DNA of 64,000 nt from Bigelowiella natans CCMP2755 (GCA_000320545.1 ADNK01001014.1:62001-126000); one strand, 5' to 3'. Numbered from the stretch's first letter, positions 1 through 14,385 are shown. Notes: generated by a model not told the origin, from the letters alone. Numbers and translations are program-made.

Positions 1-89
1 GGAAACACAAAAATCAATCAAGGAAGATACACATAAAGGCACACACACATAAAGGCACACACACACACACACACACATATTTACTCAAC

Positions 90-134
<45 letters not shown>

Positions 135-159
135 CACGTGCACACTGTATGTATTATAC

Positions 160-1896
160 TTCGTCCGTTTGGCAGCATGTTCAGCATGGCTGGGCTTCTC
201 CTCTTTTTTCCTGAAGTTGTTCTGGATCAAGAAGTTCTTGAGGTCATCAGCGCACGCCTTGGTAACAATAGAGCGAACTTTTGCCATCTGCCCGTCAAGT
301 ACCTTTCCAACTGCTTGCAGCATTTTTTCCTGGCGTTTTTTGAACATTTTGAGCGGCATTGCTTCTATTTCGCCACCATTCTGTTCCTGCATGTAATCTA
401 TTGGGAACAGTGACATGCGAGAGATATTGAAGCAAAGGAGCTGCAGTTCGGAGAGGGACGGCCGCAAGTGCTTATTCAGCATGTATAGGTTGTTTTTGAG
501 GAAAGCACGACACTTGTCGTTCTTCTGCTTTCGAATGAACTTGTTCCAGAAATAGAAAACCTTCCATACCTGGAACTGCTTGAAAAATTGGATCTGCTTG
601 ATTTCCATAAACAAGAAAAATTCACGCTCCCACTGCTGAAGAGAGATGAACTCTGTCTCGCCGTGGTAAAAGTGCGCGACGCCGCGCTTCGACATTGTAA
701 AGTAGTTGGTGGGGTCAACATGATCGTGTTTGGCGATCTTTAGGTCGTATGGGCCGTGCGACTTAAGGTATACAAAGTCGGTCGACGAAGGGTTCTTGAT
801 GAGTTTATTAATAAAGTGGAAAGGACTACTTTTGGACATATCCACCTTAGGATACCTGAGGGGAAAAGAAGTAATTCTCACGAAACAGCAATGGAGAGCG
901 GGAGCCTTGTGAATCTATATAGCTGCAGGTTTTTTGATTGAAAAACTTAGCAGAAATGTTGACAAAAAAAAAATCTTTCCTTTTTACCCTGCAATAAACA
1001 TACACACTATGCACGCACCCTAGCTTCTCGTCGGAGGCCTTGATGGCTGTTTCGTCCTCCGGGAACAAAAGACCGTGCTGGCCATATGTGGCTGTGGGGC
1101 TTGCATCATTTGATTGTAATGATGATTTCGGAGACTTGGAAATAATGTTTTTAATCGACTGCATTCTCTGGAGCGGTCCAAGACCATCAAATCGACTTTC
1201 GAGACGCTTCATTGCAGGTCTCCCATCAAACGACGACGACGACGACGACGAAGATGTAGTAACTGCTTTCTTACTAATAGAACCAATCTTTGTTTCTATT
1301 GGATTAATGGTTGGTCCTAAGAGCGGTTGCAAGCTCCTCGTAACCTAAGGGGTAAAGGGGTGAAAATTCACGTTTTTGTTTTACAATTATTCCTTTCGTA
1401 CCGCCATGATTATTTCGCTAATGGCCAAATCGTATCACGTCACATTACCTGAAGCTCACTGTCCCTCGATGAGTCCTTTTTGTCTCCCGTTGATGATGTG
1501 GGTTTGCCTTCACTCGTTTTGAGTGTCATCTCTTTCTGAGCTTGTTCATTCATGCTACCAGTGCCGCCCCGTCTTGCTGGCTTTCGCATGAAGGTTGCTC
1601 CAGGAGTGAAGTGCTTCCCATGCGTCCTATGTAGGCGCTTGAGAAGTGTGTCGGGGCCTGATGACCCATCCTCCCCATGCGGGGGGCCTTGGCCTGCAGA
1701 GAAGATCTCATATAAGTTATAACTGCCACTTTATGTTATGTTGATGTTATTTCACAGCTCAATCATCTCTGCTTTGAGCCCGCATATCGAATAAGGAATT
1801 TCTCAAGGATGGTCAGATAATAATTTGGAAAAAACAGGATTGGGGTGTAGGGAGCGAGGTGGAATCCGGCGGGGGAGGGCATCGGTTACCAGACAT
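160..1896 (-). CDS. Axonemal inner-arm dynein heavy chain (DNAH6-like), 5' exons; gene continues beyond the left edge
   Basis: Frame-consistent exons 1896-1890 (ATG TCT G), 1693-1449, 1344-1019 and 855-160 with GT-AG introns. The peptide FVYL..PYDLKI..NYFTMSKRGVAHF..EFISLQQWEREF..FFKQFQVWKVFYFWNK..LYMLNKHLRPSL..SHAEHAAKR follows the N-terminal region of DNAH6-type chains. Confidence 0.8.
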
Positions 1897-2273
1897 CCCT
1901 CGATGGACGTTTCTATTTTCAAAATCAGATAACACCGATAGATTTAAAATCCGTTTTAGAATCCTACGTCAGGAAATAATGAATGTAAATAGTTTAGAAT
2001 GCAAGCCAATTATGTATAATTTTTAATCATCGGCGGTCATTCCCGACCGATCTTCATTTTATTGGATCTTGCAGGCCAACTCGTTTTCTAAGACCTGACG
2101 CAAAGGAGATTTTCGTACATGCGACAATCCGCTTTACAGATTTAAAAAAAACATGATAGTGATTCTGTTTTTATCGAACGACAACTAAAATATGGATGAA
2201 TCCTTAGAATTCGCCATTATCCTGAGCAAGGAATGGGCCCCACGTTCCGAATCAGTTCCTTGTTACATCTGCT

Positions 2274-3107
2274 ATGGTTACTGTAGTGCAGCCTTTCTTC
2301 ATCGTATTCTTGGTGCTTATTCCAGCATACTCACGTGGAGATGATGCTTTCACCCTTGATAACGTCGAAGAGCATCTTGAGGACATGTTAAAGAGGGTAA
2401 AGAAGGTCACAATCAACTTAGATAAGTAGCAGTTGGATGAATGGAATTTATGATCCTTCAACTCTATGCGAAGGTCGGCGGAGAAAAGGAAAGTGATGTC
2501 AGTCATGAGAAACTTGCCCATCTTAGATCCGGTAAAGTTAATCACCCCTGCTTGATCATAGTCTACCTTGGGCACATATAAATATTCTACTTTGGCATAT
2601 TATGCATCTCGGCAGAGATTGAATCGCTGGCCTTTCGCGTCCGCTCATCGAGGATCAAGTTTGCAAATTCAGATCGTCAAAGGGAGGCGGAGAGGACCTC
2701 TCTGGCAAACACACTGTTGCCGTGGATCAAAGCTATCCTGATAGTCTTCAACATGTGAGTTGCAGCAACACTAGCTCTTAGTGGTTGTAGTTAGGGTTTC
2801 GTGCACATTCTATCCTATGCGTATTGCCTGTTGACTATGACCCTTTCCTTGGCCATTTTTCTCTTGTGTACGCAGTGTCTGTCTCGCACTGAGCTCGTAT
2901 ACAATGCGGTCACAATTGGGCGATCATCGTGAAACTGACCCCAAAGAAATTCCGGAGAAAGATATAAATGCAGAGGAGGCAGAGAGAGAGAAAGATCATG
3001 ACACTCAACAAGTAAGGCGACGATCAACAGCAGCAGTGAAAGATAGAATAACAAAGGCGAAGGAGGAAAAGAAATCTGGAAATGATATGCATAAGAAAGA
3101 TTCATGA
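2274..3107 (+). CDS. Hypothetical type I membrane protein (signal peptide, helical lumenal part, TM, charged tail ending KKDS)
   Basis: Four frame-compatible GT-AG exons: MVTVVQPFFIVFLVLIPAYSRG.. / VGGEKES.. / ..LLPWIKAILIVFN / IVCLALSSYTMRSQ..MHKKDS*. The last exon is ORF 2904-3107. Confidence 0.6.
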
Positions 3108-3860
3108 TAACAAAGATGAGAAAAATGAGACGAGTAGCGCATGAACGCGCACTGGCATTACACGCACACAAGCACACATATTATATATATGTATATATGT
3201 ATATATGTATTGTACAAATATACAAAACATCTTTATTATTATTGTCATTATTATTTATAATTAACAGCGCAGCAGCAGCAGGCACGCACAGGCGCGGTCA
3301 AAAGTATCTATGCAACAAAGTATCCCCCCCACAATGCACATGAATAAGATTACGTTGTGCGCATAATACACACGTACATCGTAGCTATACGTCGCGAGAT
3401 GTGTGACGGCTTCAGAGGCCGCCTTTTGGGCTCGCGCACTTGTGAATGCATGTGTGGATCGTGTCGCGTAAAAACGCATCGCATCCGTGGGCCGACCAAG
3501 CTAAAATCATCGTGGAAAAAAGCAGTTATAAATTGCAAGCAAGCTGGATTACTGGCTGCCCGTGTGGCCATGGAGGAACAACAGCATCGACACTGCGACA
3601 GCATGCACCCTGAAAATCCCATGCAGATGTGCGTTGTTTGCATGTTGTTGGGCTGCTGGTAGCACGCACGTGCATGAAATACCCAAAGCTGGTTTAGAAG
3701 CTGATGCTGTTGATTTTGCAAAAGCTAATGGAAGAATGACGGAAGATTGATGTACACATGGCAGCTGTTGCTGTCATTCGCTGATTTCCAGAACTAAATT
3801 GTGTCGGGCATCGCGAGGACGGCCGAATGGCAACTGAAAACTGAGCTGATGATGCATGAC

Positions 3861-5226
3861 TCAGTCGGAGTGTAACTGATGCTGGGAAAGGCCGTCTTTG
3901 AAGACTTTATTCAGTCTCTCATGCTTTCTGCACAGCAAACAAGGCCATTTAGTCAGCCAAAAACTCCTGCTTCAAAGTCATCAATTCATTCGACCTTTCT
4001 GAACAGAAACTTGTTTGTGGGATCACTCACATGCTTGTATCGCTGAATTGATGCAATGGAAGGCAAATATGAACATCAATCGCAGAACATAGTTGATGCA
4101 TCATGCACCGGCATCATCTTTGTTTCCAATAGTGAAAGCTTTGGTAAAATTGTGATGATGCAGATAATAAAAGAGTCATTTAATGCGTAGAATCGAGCAA
4201 ACAGAACAAATGCATGGATGAGAGGGACTACTTTTGTTGTTACCTCAGCTATGTGCTTGAGATCCGGTATGGAGCTTAGGCCGCCTGCATGGCGCTGAGC
4301 CCTCATAATCTTCTCATTGTCTGTCGATTCGACCCGTGTGGTTCTGGAATTCGTGGTTCCACTTGTTGGCGTCATGTTGGTGCTGGTGCCCTTGTTATAA
4401 TTTCCTAGCTTCGAAAGTGACGAAATACTCGTCGAACGCGACCCGCAATCTCTTCGCCTCTGTAGCGCCTGGTTCTGCTGTGACAAATGTCGCTGATCCC
4501 ACTCGTCCGGTTTTGACATCGACCGTTGTTTCAGCCGTCTGTACATCTGTATTTGTACGCATGTATGTCAACCGCCTTAGTTCAGTGACTGCAGGATGGA
4601 TGGATGACATGTTTGAGTATTGCTTCATGTAGAAAAATTGCAATTTGAAAAGAATATACGAGACGGAACAAGTTTTTAAGCACGTTTTCCTTCTAGACCG
4701 CATAAGATTAATTAACATAGAAATAGCATTCTAATTGTGTGAAAGACATTCTCTGTGTAAGCGCCATAAAACCACCTCGAGCTCAAGATAGTCGTCATAT
4801 TGTCTATATGATCCAGCCTCCACTTTCTCTGCTGCTTCATCACTGAGATCATGAACTCCAACATTGCTATGGTTCTCATTATTCTGGCTGGAGAGGGAGG
4901 AGAGACTATTCCCTGAGGGACCTATCACAAACTGAGCGTTGCGTTTGATGATGCTGCTTCGGATTTCCATACTACTGACGCTACTACATGTACTGGCACC
5001 ACTGGCAGAAGTTGATTGACGGTACGAACGAGAGAGAGTGAACTTGCGACTAGGGTGGAGTTGGTATACTGATTTGGCGACCGGGGAAGAAGTTTTGATA
5101 TTGTTACTCCTAAATGGTATCGGTGCTTCGAATGACGAAGATGGCGGTGACGACGAGTTGATCAATTTCTTGCCTGCACTCTTCCTATAGTTTACGAACA
5201 CATATAGGTCAGATATAGTTCTAAGA

Positions 5227-5264
<38 letters not shown>

Positions 5265-5279
5265 ATTGTATGTGTGCTT

Positions 5280-5320
<41 letters not shown>

Positions 5321-6790
5321 GAAGGGGGGGAGGCGAGGAAAAGAGAAACAGTATGTGTTGGCTTTTCGTGCATGTACCCTGTCGTCCCAAAGCTGTCTAA
5401 TTTGTCGGATCTGCTGACTCTTAATTTGACTCTAGCTGGGGCATGCTCCTTCGTGTCCTTCGCCTCCTTCGCCATGGTCATTAGATGATTTTCGACGCCT
5501 CTTCTATCACCTTTTCCTCCATCTCTTTCGATCGACGTAAATACTTTCTGGTTCCCTGTCAATACGACCTGGAATGCGGATTCTTTCGCTGGAGAACGAT
5601 GATAATGATCGCTTCTGCCATTGCCTGCTTTTCGTTTATGTTGCTGTTCTTTTTGCAAGTCGTCATCTTCACTTCTGTTCCCGTCAACAGCTTTGCTGTT
5701 GTTAGTGCTACCAGTATTGCTGGTTTGTATAGCAGCGCTGGAGGAGCTGTTGCAAGCACTATGAAGAGAGCTGTTCTGAATAGTAGAAGGCACCTCCTTG
5801 TTGATATTTTTAATTTCTCTTACCGGTATTCCTATGCTATTTCTCATCATCATCTTGTCGTCATCGGGCTCTACGAGAGCGTTAGCATTGATGGGAGGTG
5901 CTTCTCCAATCTCTAATGATTGGTAGTTTTGCTGGTACCCTGTGTATTGTTCTTGTTGTTGTCGTCGTCTAAATGTCGTTGCTATAGCGGGCGTGGGAGG
6001 TGGGGCATTTCTCCCAGGCCCTATACGTGACACGGGCCGGGAAATGACGTCTTCGAAATTTAGTACACCGTCGTTCCATTCTGCTAAATCATGTAAATTT
6101 TCAATAAGAAGTGGACTTTCACTTCGGTCTCGTTTTTGGTGTAAGTCGAGCGAAGAACTGGAAGAGAGAGATGAAGCTGACTGCGACTTGCACATCTTTG
6201 CCCTTTTCCCGCTCGTCATACGTCTGAAATAGTAAGGAGGGGAAGAGGAGTATTGGAGGAAAGAAATAATTAAGATAGAAGCATGTAGCTTTGTAAGCGA
6301 TAGAAATGTAGCTTTCTTCCAAAAAATAAAAAGTCATATGGATAGGTATTTCGATAGCGCTGTTTTGACATTACTTTGTGAGTTGTTGTGCTTTCTTCTG
6401 CGTGAAGGGCTGCTGATTTTTCTCCGAGGATCCCTTGACTCCAGTGCTTACTGACGCTGATCCCAACACTCCTTTAACTTTGCCATCATTGTCCGCCGGG
6501 CAGCTATTATAATCCTCCAAGCGAACTGTGTAGTTCTTGTGTTGCAGGCTTAAAACTTCCCTGAAGGGAAAGTGAAAACTTATTGAACAACGAAAGGTGT
6601 CGCACAGGGTAGTAGGCTTCACATCAAATATTAATATTATAAGAAGAATTATTTGTTTTTACCCCCAGGGAGTAAGGGCTACAGGTCGTTCGTTAACTTG
6701 AGCAGTAGGGGCTACTTTTGGTCCTTCGTTCGCCTTTTTCTCAGTCACTCCCAAGGCACTACCGTGAAAGTAATAAAGGGCTATCAACGG

Positions 6791-6829
<39 letters not shown>

Positions 6830-7541
6830 TTATTTTCTATATAATTCAGTGTCTCAATCAGTGAGTAAGCTGCAGAATAGGGTCACAGTAGCCGAAAATA
6901 TGGCCAAATTGCGATGGCATGGAAAAATCTCGTGGTTTGTCCTTCTATCCTCATGAAACGAAACACCGAACGTTTTCTTTTTCAAAATTCCTACCTGTTA
7001 GCCTTATCTTTAGGTCCGCATTGGTCTTCTGAATAGTAGAGTCGAATAATGAAAATACGTTTTTAAACTTTGAAACATATCTGGTGCGTGGAGATGCAAC
7101 ATATGTGGAGTGTTGTGCGGCACCGTGTCCTGAATCGATGAGGCTGAATATCTTCAGGCATGCAGCAGCTTTCGATAACCGCCGTGGTATGACACTCTTT
7201 ACAAACCCTTTCTTCTTCAGAGGGCGACTATAGCTGCTCCGAAGAACGTTCATTTGTTTCTCTTCTTCAAGTCTGGGCACAAAAATGTTTAGATCAAAGT
7301 GTATACAGCATGGCAATGCATGTTTCTACTTTTTGAGTTCGACATCCAGCTGATCCAGAAGCTTCTTTGCCTTATCCTCTATCGAATCAAACTCTAACGT
7401 TCGCTTCCATTTTCTGCGATCTGAAGCAAACGGCAATGTCTCACCCCGTGCTCATCTTTCCGATTGAGAAAAAAACCCACCGAATGATGCATGATATCTA
7501 TCGCTCTGTTCCTCCACCAGAGGCCTTCGAACATTATCCAT
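3861..7541 (-). CDS. Hypothetical multi-exon, Ser-rich low-complexity protein
   Basis: ATG at 7541. Long open exon blocks lie within ORFs 6951-7316, 6371-6622, 5281-6219, 4731-5390 and 4076-4546, separated by GT-AG introns. No recognisable domain; the 3' exon structure is uncertain. Confidence 0.5.
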
Positions 7542-7871
7542 ACTCCAAGTCCTTGGGGCGTGCTCAGGGCGTGCTCAAGCAGGCCGCCCCCCCCCGTTGC
7601 TCTCTAGTCCGATCGAGAATGAGCGAGTGATGCTTGCACTCAGTTCGGTTTAGTGTCGAGCGTTTTCGAAAGCGCAACGTCACTTAATCGTCCGGTTGAT
7701 GAACCTCCTGGAAAAGGCTCCTGCGACAAGGAAAACCAATAAAATAGTTTTTTTTTTAATTCGAAAATCCAACAATGAGGCCTGGGATTTGCAGAGAACG
7801 TCCTCGTTTTTAGTTTGTTTCCAGATGAAACCCTAGGAAACCCCCAAGATTGGGATGCTAAAGTTGAGGCC

Positions 7872-8630
7872 ATGGAATGCAGAAATTCGAGCGAGAAACA
7901 TCTGAAGTTTGATATAAATGAATAGAGGTCATTTAGTCATTTATTTATCCCAGAAATATCGCATATCGTTTATATTTGCACGACCCCTAGATTTGAAGTT
8001 GACGATGGCTCCCAGCCGATGATGATGATGATGATGATGATGATGGTGATGGTGATGGGAAAGGCCAGGAGAATTACATGATTCATGCTCCTTGGAACTG
8101 GCGTCCGTCAGCCCTTAATGTATTTTCACAACAGAGCATAATACTAGCAGAAGGAGAACTAGGGACTCAAAATTACTACCCACAATACCCTACCAGGTGC
8201 TGGCGGTGCTGCTCGTGGGGCTGCACATGCGCTCTGGGGTGACGCACCATGGCAGAGCAGGCAAGAGGATGGGGAGAGGCTTGACTTTTCCACTAAATAG
8301 GCTACACGGTGAGTACCCGTAGGGGCAAAATTTTTACCAATGTTTTGCCGTCGAAGTAAAGCTGAGCTCTGTTCACGATTCAACGTCCAGGTGGTTGTGG
8401 CGGTGGCGGCGACGGTGACGGTGACGGGGGAGGTAGCAACAATATTGGGCCATATCGGAGCGGTCTTGGTCCTCTTGCTCCGTACGATGTCTTTGATCCA
8501 GCGGAGGAGCGTCTCCAAAGGAGCGAGAACAAGCGCATGTCCAGACGTATCAGATCAGCAAAGTAGTAGTCGTCGGTGATAATATAGGAAACAATGGATG
8601 CGATATATGATTGAATGGATGACGTCATTT

Positions 8631-8676
<46 letters not shown>

Positions 8677-9009
8677 AGTTGTATATGAGCACCTGCTTCA
8701 ATTTACAACTCGCTACATCCTCTTTAATTTATATATATCTTGTTGTGTAGGCAAGGGCGTTTTGTGAAAGACCTTCACAGGTAGACAACTCTCACTACGA
8801 TGTCATTATCATGATTATCATCGATATCGTTCTTTCCATCATATTCAGCTGGTATGCGGCGAATTTCTCCACTACTGCTGACCCTTCAAGCAGATTAGAA
8901 AAGCATTACGATCGATGGGAGGCCATAGCGCAAGTCAGTAGCACAAAGAAGGGGATAATATCCGAAATAATGATAATAGTAACAATAAAAATAATGATGA
9001 TAAATATAA

Positions 9010-9043
<34 letters not shown>

Positions 9044-9825
9044 TTCTAATGAGCTCAACGGCACGACCTCTATTTCTCCTACCCTCCCTACCCTCCCCCC
9101 CATCCCCCCCTCTCTCACCATGTAAATATTCAAATATAAAATATATGTAGAAAGTGGGTGAAATTTGTGAATCTGGTTGGTGAATTAAAGGATGTCAGCA
9201 GCGATGTGAAGACCTTTGGCAGCTCCGATAGACCGGCAGACTACCTCGATGATGACGAAGATGAGGAGGAGGACAATAATGCGACATATTTGCAAGAAAG
9301 AGAAGGAGAAGACAAAGAGCAACAGAACCAACCACAACCTCCAGCACGAGAAGATGCGGAACGAAGTAACAAGGATAGAAGGAAATGGGAGGCGGCAAAC
9401 GATGACAACACAGTCCAACAACACCAGCCAAAAGCGGTACACCTAGTATGCGAGTACATAGAGCACTGCAAACGCACACACTGGCGAAAGGATTGGACGA
9501 CAGTTAGAAAGAAAGTATCTTTCCTTATCGGTTGACGATAGGCTATTATAATTAGGAGGGGAGCGAGTACAACGACGGCAACGACAGAAAGAATAGTCAG
9601 CGTCAGTCTATTGCGGAAGAAGCCTCGAAGCGGTTACGACGTGAGAAGCTAGGAATCCGTCAAACGCGAAACCAACGAAAGCTTGGCCATGGTAAAGATG
9701 AAATCGACGACGATAAAAGCGTTTATGAAGATTTGGATGAAGGTTTGTAATTGTAGGAACAGCGATGACTAGATCTAGCGATTTCATCAACTAATTCTCA
9801 GTTTAGCTGCTGAGAAGATTCTCCC

Positions 9826-9867
<42 letters not shown>

Positions 9868-10527
9868 CATGTGATATGCGCTCTCACTCAGACACGAACG
9901 CATCTCATATACTGTTTACAACAATGCGCGTGTAAATGCATTAAGATGCACTGAGCATGATTTGCTTCCTTGTTTGCGCCTCCTTGCAATCCTCATCTCC
10001 GAAAAGGGCTACGTTCAAAGGACGATGATCTGTCGGGAGGAATGAAAGCACGTTAGGACAATCATCGCAATGACCATCATGATACTCCCAATTGTTTATT
10101 ATTTCCTGGTGTTTCTTATTCTCCCCCCCCCCTCCTCTTCCTCCTCCTGTACCAACAACGTTGTAACTCAGCTTTCCACGATCCTGGATTCGAGAAATGG
10201 CTGCAAGATCATCCGAAACGCTACGAATTCGCAGGTGGTATATCCCCAATGGCTACCCCCAATGGCTCTGTTCCTACCTGCCCTCTTTTTGGAATAAAAA
10301 TCAACCGCGCGTTGGTATGCACTTCACCCACTTTCTGACTTTCTCTGTTATTTTCAAAAAAGCCACCATCGCAAGAGACATTCTCAATCAGACTGAAGGG
10401 ATTCCTCCCATGGAGGAAATTGCAGAAAAGCTGCGGAAAAGCGAAGCAAGAGATGCACATACTCGAGAAGGTCACCTTTGTGATGAACAGGAATAGCGAA
10501 CGCTGTCACGCACACATATTCTACTAA
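7872..10527 (+). CDS. Hypothetical multi-exon protein; boundaries uncertain (may end at 9535)
   Basis: Spliceable exon chain ..FDPAEERLQRSENKRMSRRIRSAK / QGRFVKDLHS / WYAANFS..WEAIA / KWVKFVNLVGELKD..(ORF 9158-9535), with further candidate exons to ~10527. No domain recognised. Confidence 0.4.
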
Positions 10528-10563
10528 TTCACGCAATTTATTCATGTGTTTGCATGTATCTTT

Positions 10564-10628
<65 letters not shown>

Positions 10629-10674
10629 ATTTGTGTGTTTGTGTTCTACACATTAACATATATTTATATGTATA

Positions 10675-10713
<39 letters not shown>

Positions 10714-10714
10714 C

Positions 10715-10807
10715 ATGAGACGGACGTAATGAAATGTTTAAATTTTTTCAATGGTCATCCTAATGTAGCTGTGCAATGCAGCGGCTACAGCGCTTAAATT
10801 GTGTCTG

Positions 10808-10851
<44 letters not shown>

Positions 10852-10932
10852 GAGCGCTGTAGCCGCAGCTTTGTTCAGCTACATTAGGATGACCGTTGGA
10901 ATGATTTAATCACTTCATTACATCCTTCTCAT
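10715..10932. repeat. 80-bp imperfect inverted repeat pair (10715-10794 and 10853-10932) around a (TA)n spacer; member of a dispersed repeat family
   Basis: Manual ungapped alignment of the left arm to the reverse complement of the right arm gives 68/80 identities, with core GGTCATCCTAATGTAGCTG. Confidence 0.9.
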
Positions 10933-11557
10933 ATAATCTTTCCAAGTTTATTCTATTCTATCGTTCAGCAAGGGAGACTTTGAAGCATCGCGTGCATGCA
11001 GGTAAGCGGGCTCACATACAAAGCTGGAAGCAATGATAGATGGTCGCACATAATGTGCATGTATGCATGTATACATGCTAGCATGCCAATAAATCCTGGA
11101 CTATATAAAGCAGACGACACGTGTTATCCCTGTACGCTTTTTTCCATGATCTAGCTGGTCTATATAGTGGTCATCAGCAGCGTGCATGTGTATATGTTGT
11201 CAAACGTGTTGCACATGTATGCAGCAGCGTAGCCAGCGCATGCCACGTAATCTAGTACGTAATGCAGCACGCTAGATAGGGCTGTTTTTTTCGATTGCAT
11301 CGCTCATTGTGAACAACTACGAAAGTGTAATGAGCTCGTTGTTGCTACGCTAGTATGACGGCACTGCGCTGTAAGCCAGTAAGCCATTGCTGTAGTGCTA
11401 GATTGGGCTGAGCCCCATGCGAAATGCATGCTGTGTGTTGATGTGCACACATGTGGTCGATCGCGACTGCGGAGCGCGATGTGCATGCTGCAGCTCATCG
11501 ACACGCATAAATGTCTAGAAAAAGATGTCAAAGCTTGTACGTATGCTGTTTATATAC

Positions 11558-11588
<31 letters not shown>

Positions 11589-11918
11589 ATTTAAAAAATA
11601 CACGTAAAAAACCCCCATGTTCTCAATACTCCGTGTCCATTCTAATAGGGTATGTCTTGAATTGATGTGTACGTGTATATGCGATAATATACTTAAGTTG
11701 AATCCTTAAAGAGAAAAAACTCGAATATAAACAAAAATTATGTAGCATAAAAATACTTTTTTGATCTTAAGATTCAGGGTTCAACATTTATCATCTATCA
11801 CAGAAAATCTCTGCGTCCAATCAGTTTGTATGAGGCTTTTGATAATGTTTAGATAAGCAACATAGAGTCAACATGGCGTGCCGCCAATAACTAGCAACAG
11901 CAGTTTTAGCTCAGCAGC

Positions 11919-12694
11919 TTAGACAAACAGATTGACGTATGCTTCAGGGTAAAGCGTTTCTACACTGTTGTTTGTCGACTTCACTCCGACCAATCTGTGT
12001 TCTTTTGGCTGGAGAGCAGGTTCGCGCTTGAGGGACACAGTTTCTGGAAGAAGAGGAAAAGTCAGGAATGATGATGATGATGATCATGATGATGATGATG
12101 AGATGTGCTGGAGATTTTCTCTTTCGAGTAGAAATTAGAAAGCGAAGACAAAGATATACATAACGGCATAGAGAAAAACATATACAGTATTCATCTTACT
12201 TCCTGCTTTCTTCGCGAGCTTGGCAATAGTGTCGTTCTTGGCAACACGGTCAAGGAACTCCTTACGGCAGGTAGAATGCTTAACGTGCTCGATGCGCACG
12301 TGGATGCGCTTCTTCATGATTCTTCCACCAACAACCTTGTTGACCTGTAGTTGTGCAACGTGTCAGAACAATGATTTTAGCAAGTCTAATAGAAAAGGTT
12401 CCCCTGTTCATCTCTTGAGTAACTCACAATCGACCGAAACTATTTCTTCTCCTCTGTTTTTCCAATTACCTCTACACCGACAGCCCTCTTTGTGACGTTC
12501 CAGATGACACCTGTCTTTCCGTGGTAGAATTTGTGTGGCATACCCTTCTGGATAGCACCATCAGCCTTGATGTCGACAAGATCTCCAAGTTTATAGGTCT
12601 TGAGGTATCTCTGGGTAGCGATTGTACCATTCTGACGGAATCCCTTGCAGAAAAGGTCCCTCGTGCGTGCACGGTAACCGTAAGAGTGAGGCAT
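11919..12694 (-). CDS. RPL21: 60S ribosomal protein L21 (eL21)
   Basis: [32 protein letters not shown] / [27 protein letters not shown] / ..[19 protein letters not shown]; three coding exons. Confidence 0.97.
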
Positions 12695-13356
12695 CTCTTT
12701 TTATTTATAATCCCTGTGAACAAATACATTGTGAGAACCAGATTGGAGGGATGCAATGGGGAAAGGGGGGGCGCCATTGCCAGCGAGGCCGCAAACCTTC
12801 GTCGGAGTTATAACTAATTCGCCGAATGTCAAAGTTTGTAACAAAATACATTCAAATTCTCTTCTGCGACACGATAAGTTTCTGAATCCATTTTGCAGCC
12901 GTATCTGTTGTCGTATCGATGAAAGATCCTATCATGTTGGTATTGAAGGCAATTTAAGAAGAGATTACATTTCTGTCGGAGACTTCAATTATGCGACAAT
13001 GACTTCGACATTATTTAGATACGGAAAAGTCTCGAGGGCACTCCTGAGCTCAATTCAGCTCAATTTCCAGGTTGCCTTTGGAAATATTCAGAGTGTCATA
13101 TGGGCTCCCATAAGGATTGGAGGTGAGAGATAATGCCTATTTGATAATAGCGACAATAAAATAATTAATTATGAAGTAATTTATACCTGCTGTTCCTGAT
13201 ATCTCACATGGTTGCACTCTTAATCACTGATAACCCCAATATCCAGATTTGCCACGATCGCCCTCGCCCTGCACGAACCTCCGTAGAAGCACTGGGAAGC
13301 GATAGCAAAATAACGGGTTCATAGTTGAGTTTGGCGATCCGTAGAAGGAAGAACCA

Positions 13357-14344
13357 ATGCAGTCGGAGTACAAAGTTGCCCCAGTGATGGAATTGTCCAA
13401 CGAGGGGACGAAAAGTGGCGATGGCAAGGAAGAAGTAACACAGCATAACCAACTTGGCCTCCTTAATGGGGTCGTTGTTCCTTGCAGGTGAGCAAATAAA
13501 ACTAAATCTAAAACGAAATTGAGCGAAATACGGATTTAATGAGCGCAAGCTACTCAAAATCAAGAGCTATAATGGGTTACTTGTGTTAGTCTCAATATCC
13601 TCGGAGTCGTCTTGTTTCTTTGGCTGCCATGGGCTATTGGGATGGCTGGGGGTGGTCAGCTGTTAGGAATGTTCGTGCTGGGAGAGGCTCAGGTTTGATT
13701 CCGTTGCTGTCGCATAATTATCACATAGATTACGCTCAACTTTGTATCTTATCTACCTTAACAGACAGTTCTAACCGTGCTCTCCTTGAGCGCTATTGTT
13801 TCCAACGGAACGATGAAAGGGTATGACGAATTCACAATGCTAGTTATTTAGAGAAGCAAAATCTCGTTGCAGGTGGGAGCTGATGCAGAACGATGGTCCT
13901 GTTTGCCAGGGGCGGGTCATACTTCATGATCAGCCGGTCTCTAGGCCCAGAACTCGGTGGAGCGATGGGATTCTTATTTTATATCAGCTACGCCGTGAGT
14001 GCGACCTTTTATGCCGCTGGTTTTGGAAAGGTGGTGTTAACACACTAGAATCATAGAGACCACTCAAATTCTTCGGATAAGGCGATGATGACACCCGTCA
14101 GTTTTGGAGAAGAAGAAGATGATGATGATGATGGTGGTGATGGTGATGATGATAGTTAACCAGCCTACCTTTAAAAGTAATTCCTTCGTTCCATTCTAGC
14201 AGAACTGGGAATGATGGTAATTCTTTTGTATTGTGTTTCCATTACAGGAAGTGCAGCAAACCTTTTTCGCAGACATGGAACATGCCTGGGGCGGATTCTT
14301 CCTCACCTTTTGTTCATCGTGCGCTCTGCTTCTCGTCCTGGTTG

Positions 14345-14385
<41 letters not shown>

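Noticed and set aside
856-881. Ultra-short 26-nt intron (GTGAG..CTCAG) in the dynein gene
   Set aside because: Using it shifts the frame; a single 856-1018 intron restores the correct frame.
5228-5320. Many ORFs with YIYIYI, ERERER, CVCVCV, poly-I/H/M/L tracts (window-wide)
   Set aside because: They are translations of intronic microsatellites, not proteins.
7828-7835. Telo-box or telomere-like AAACCCTA (also TTAGGGTTT near 2791)
   Set aside because: Isolated single 8-9-mers, absent from the ribosomal protein promoters; compatible with chance.
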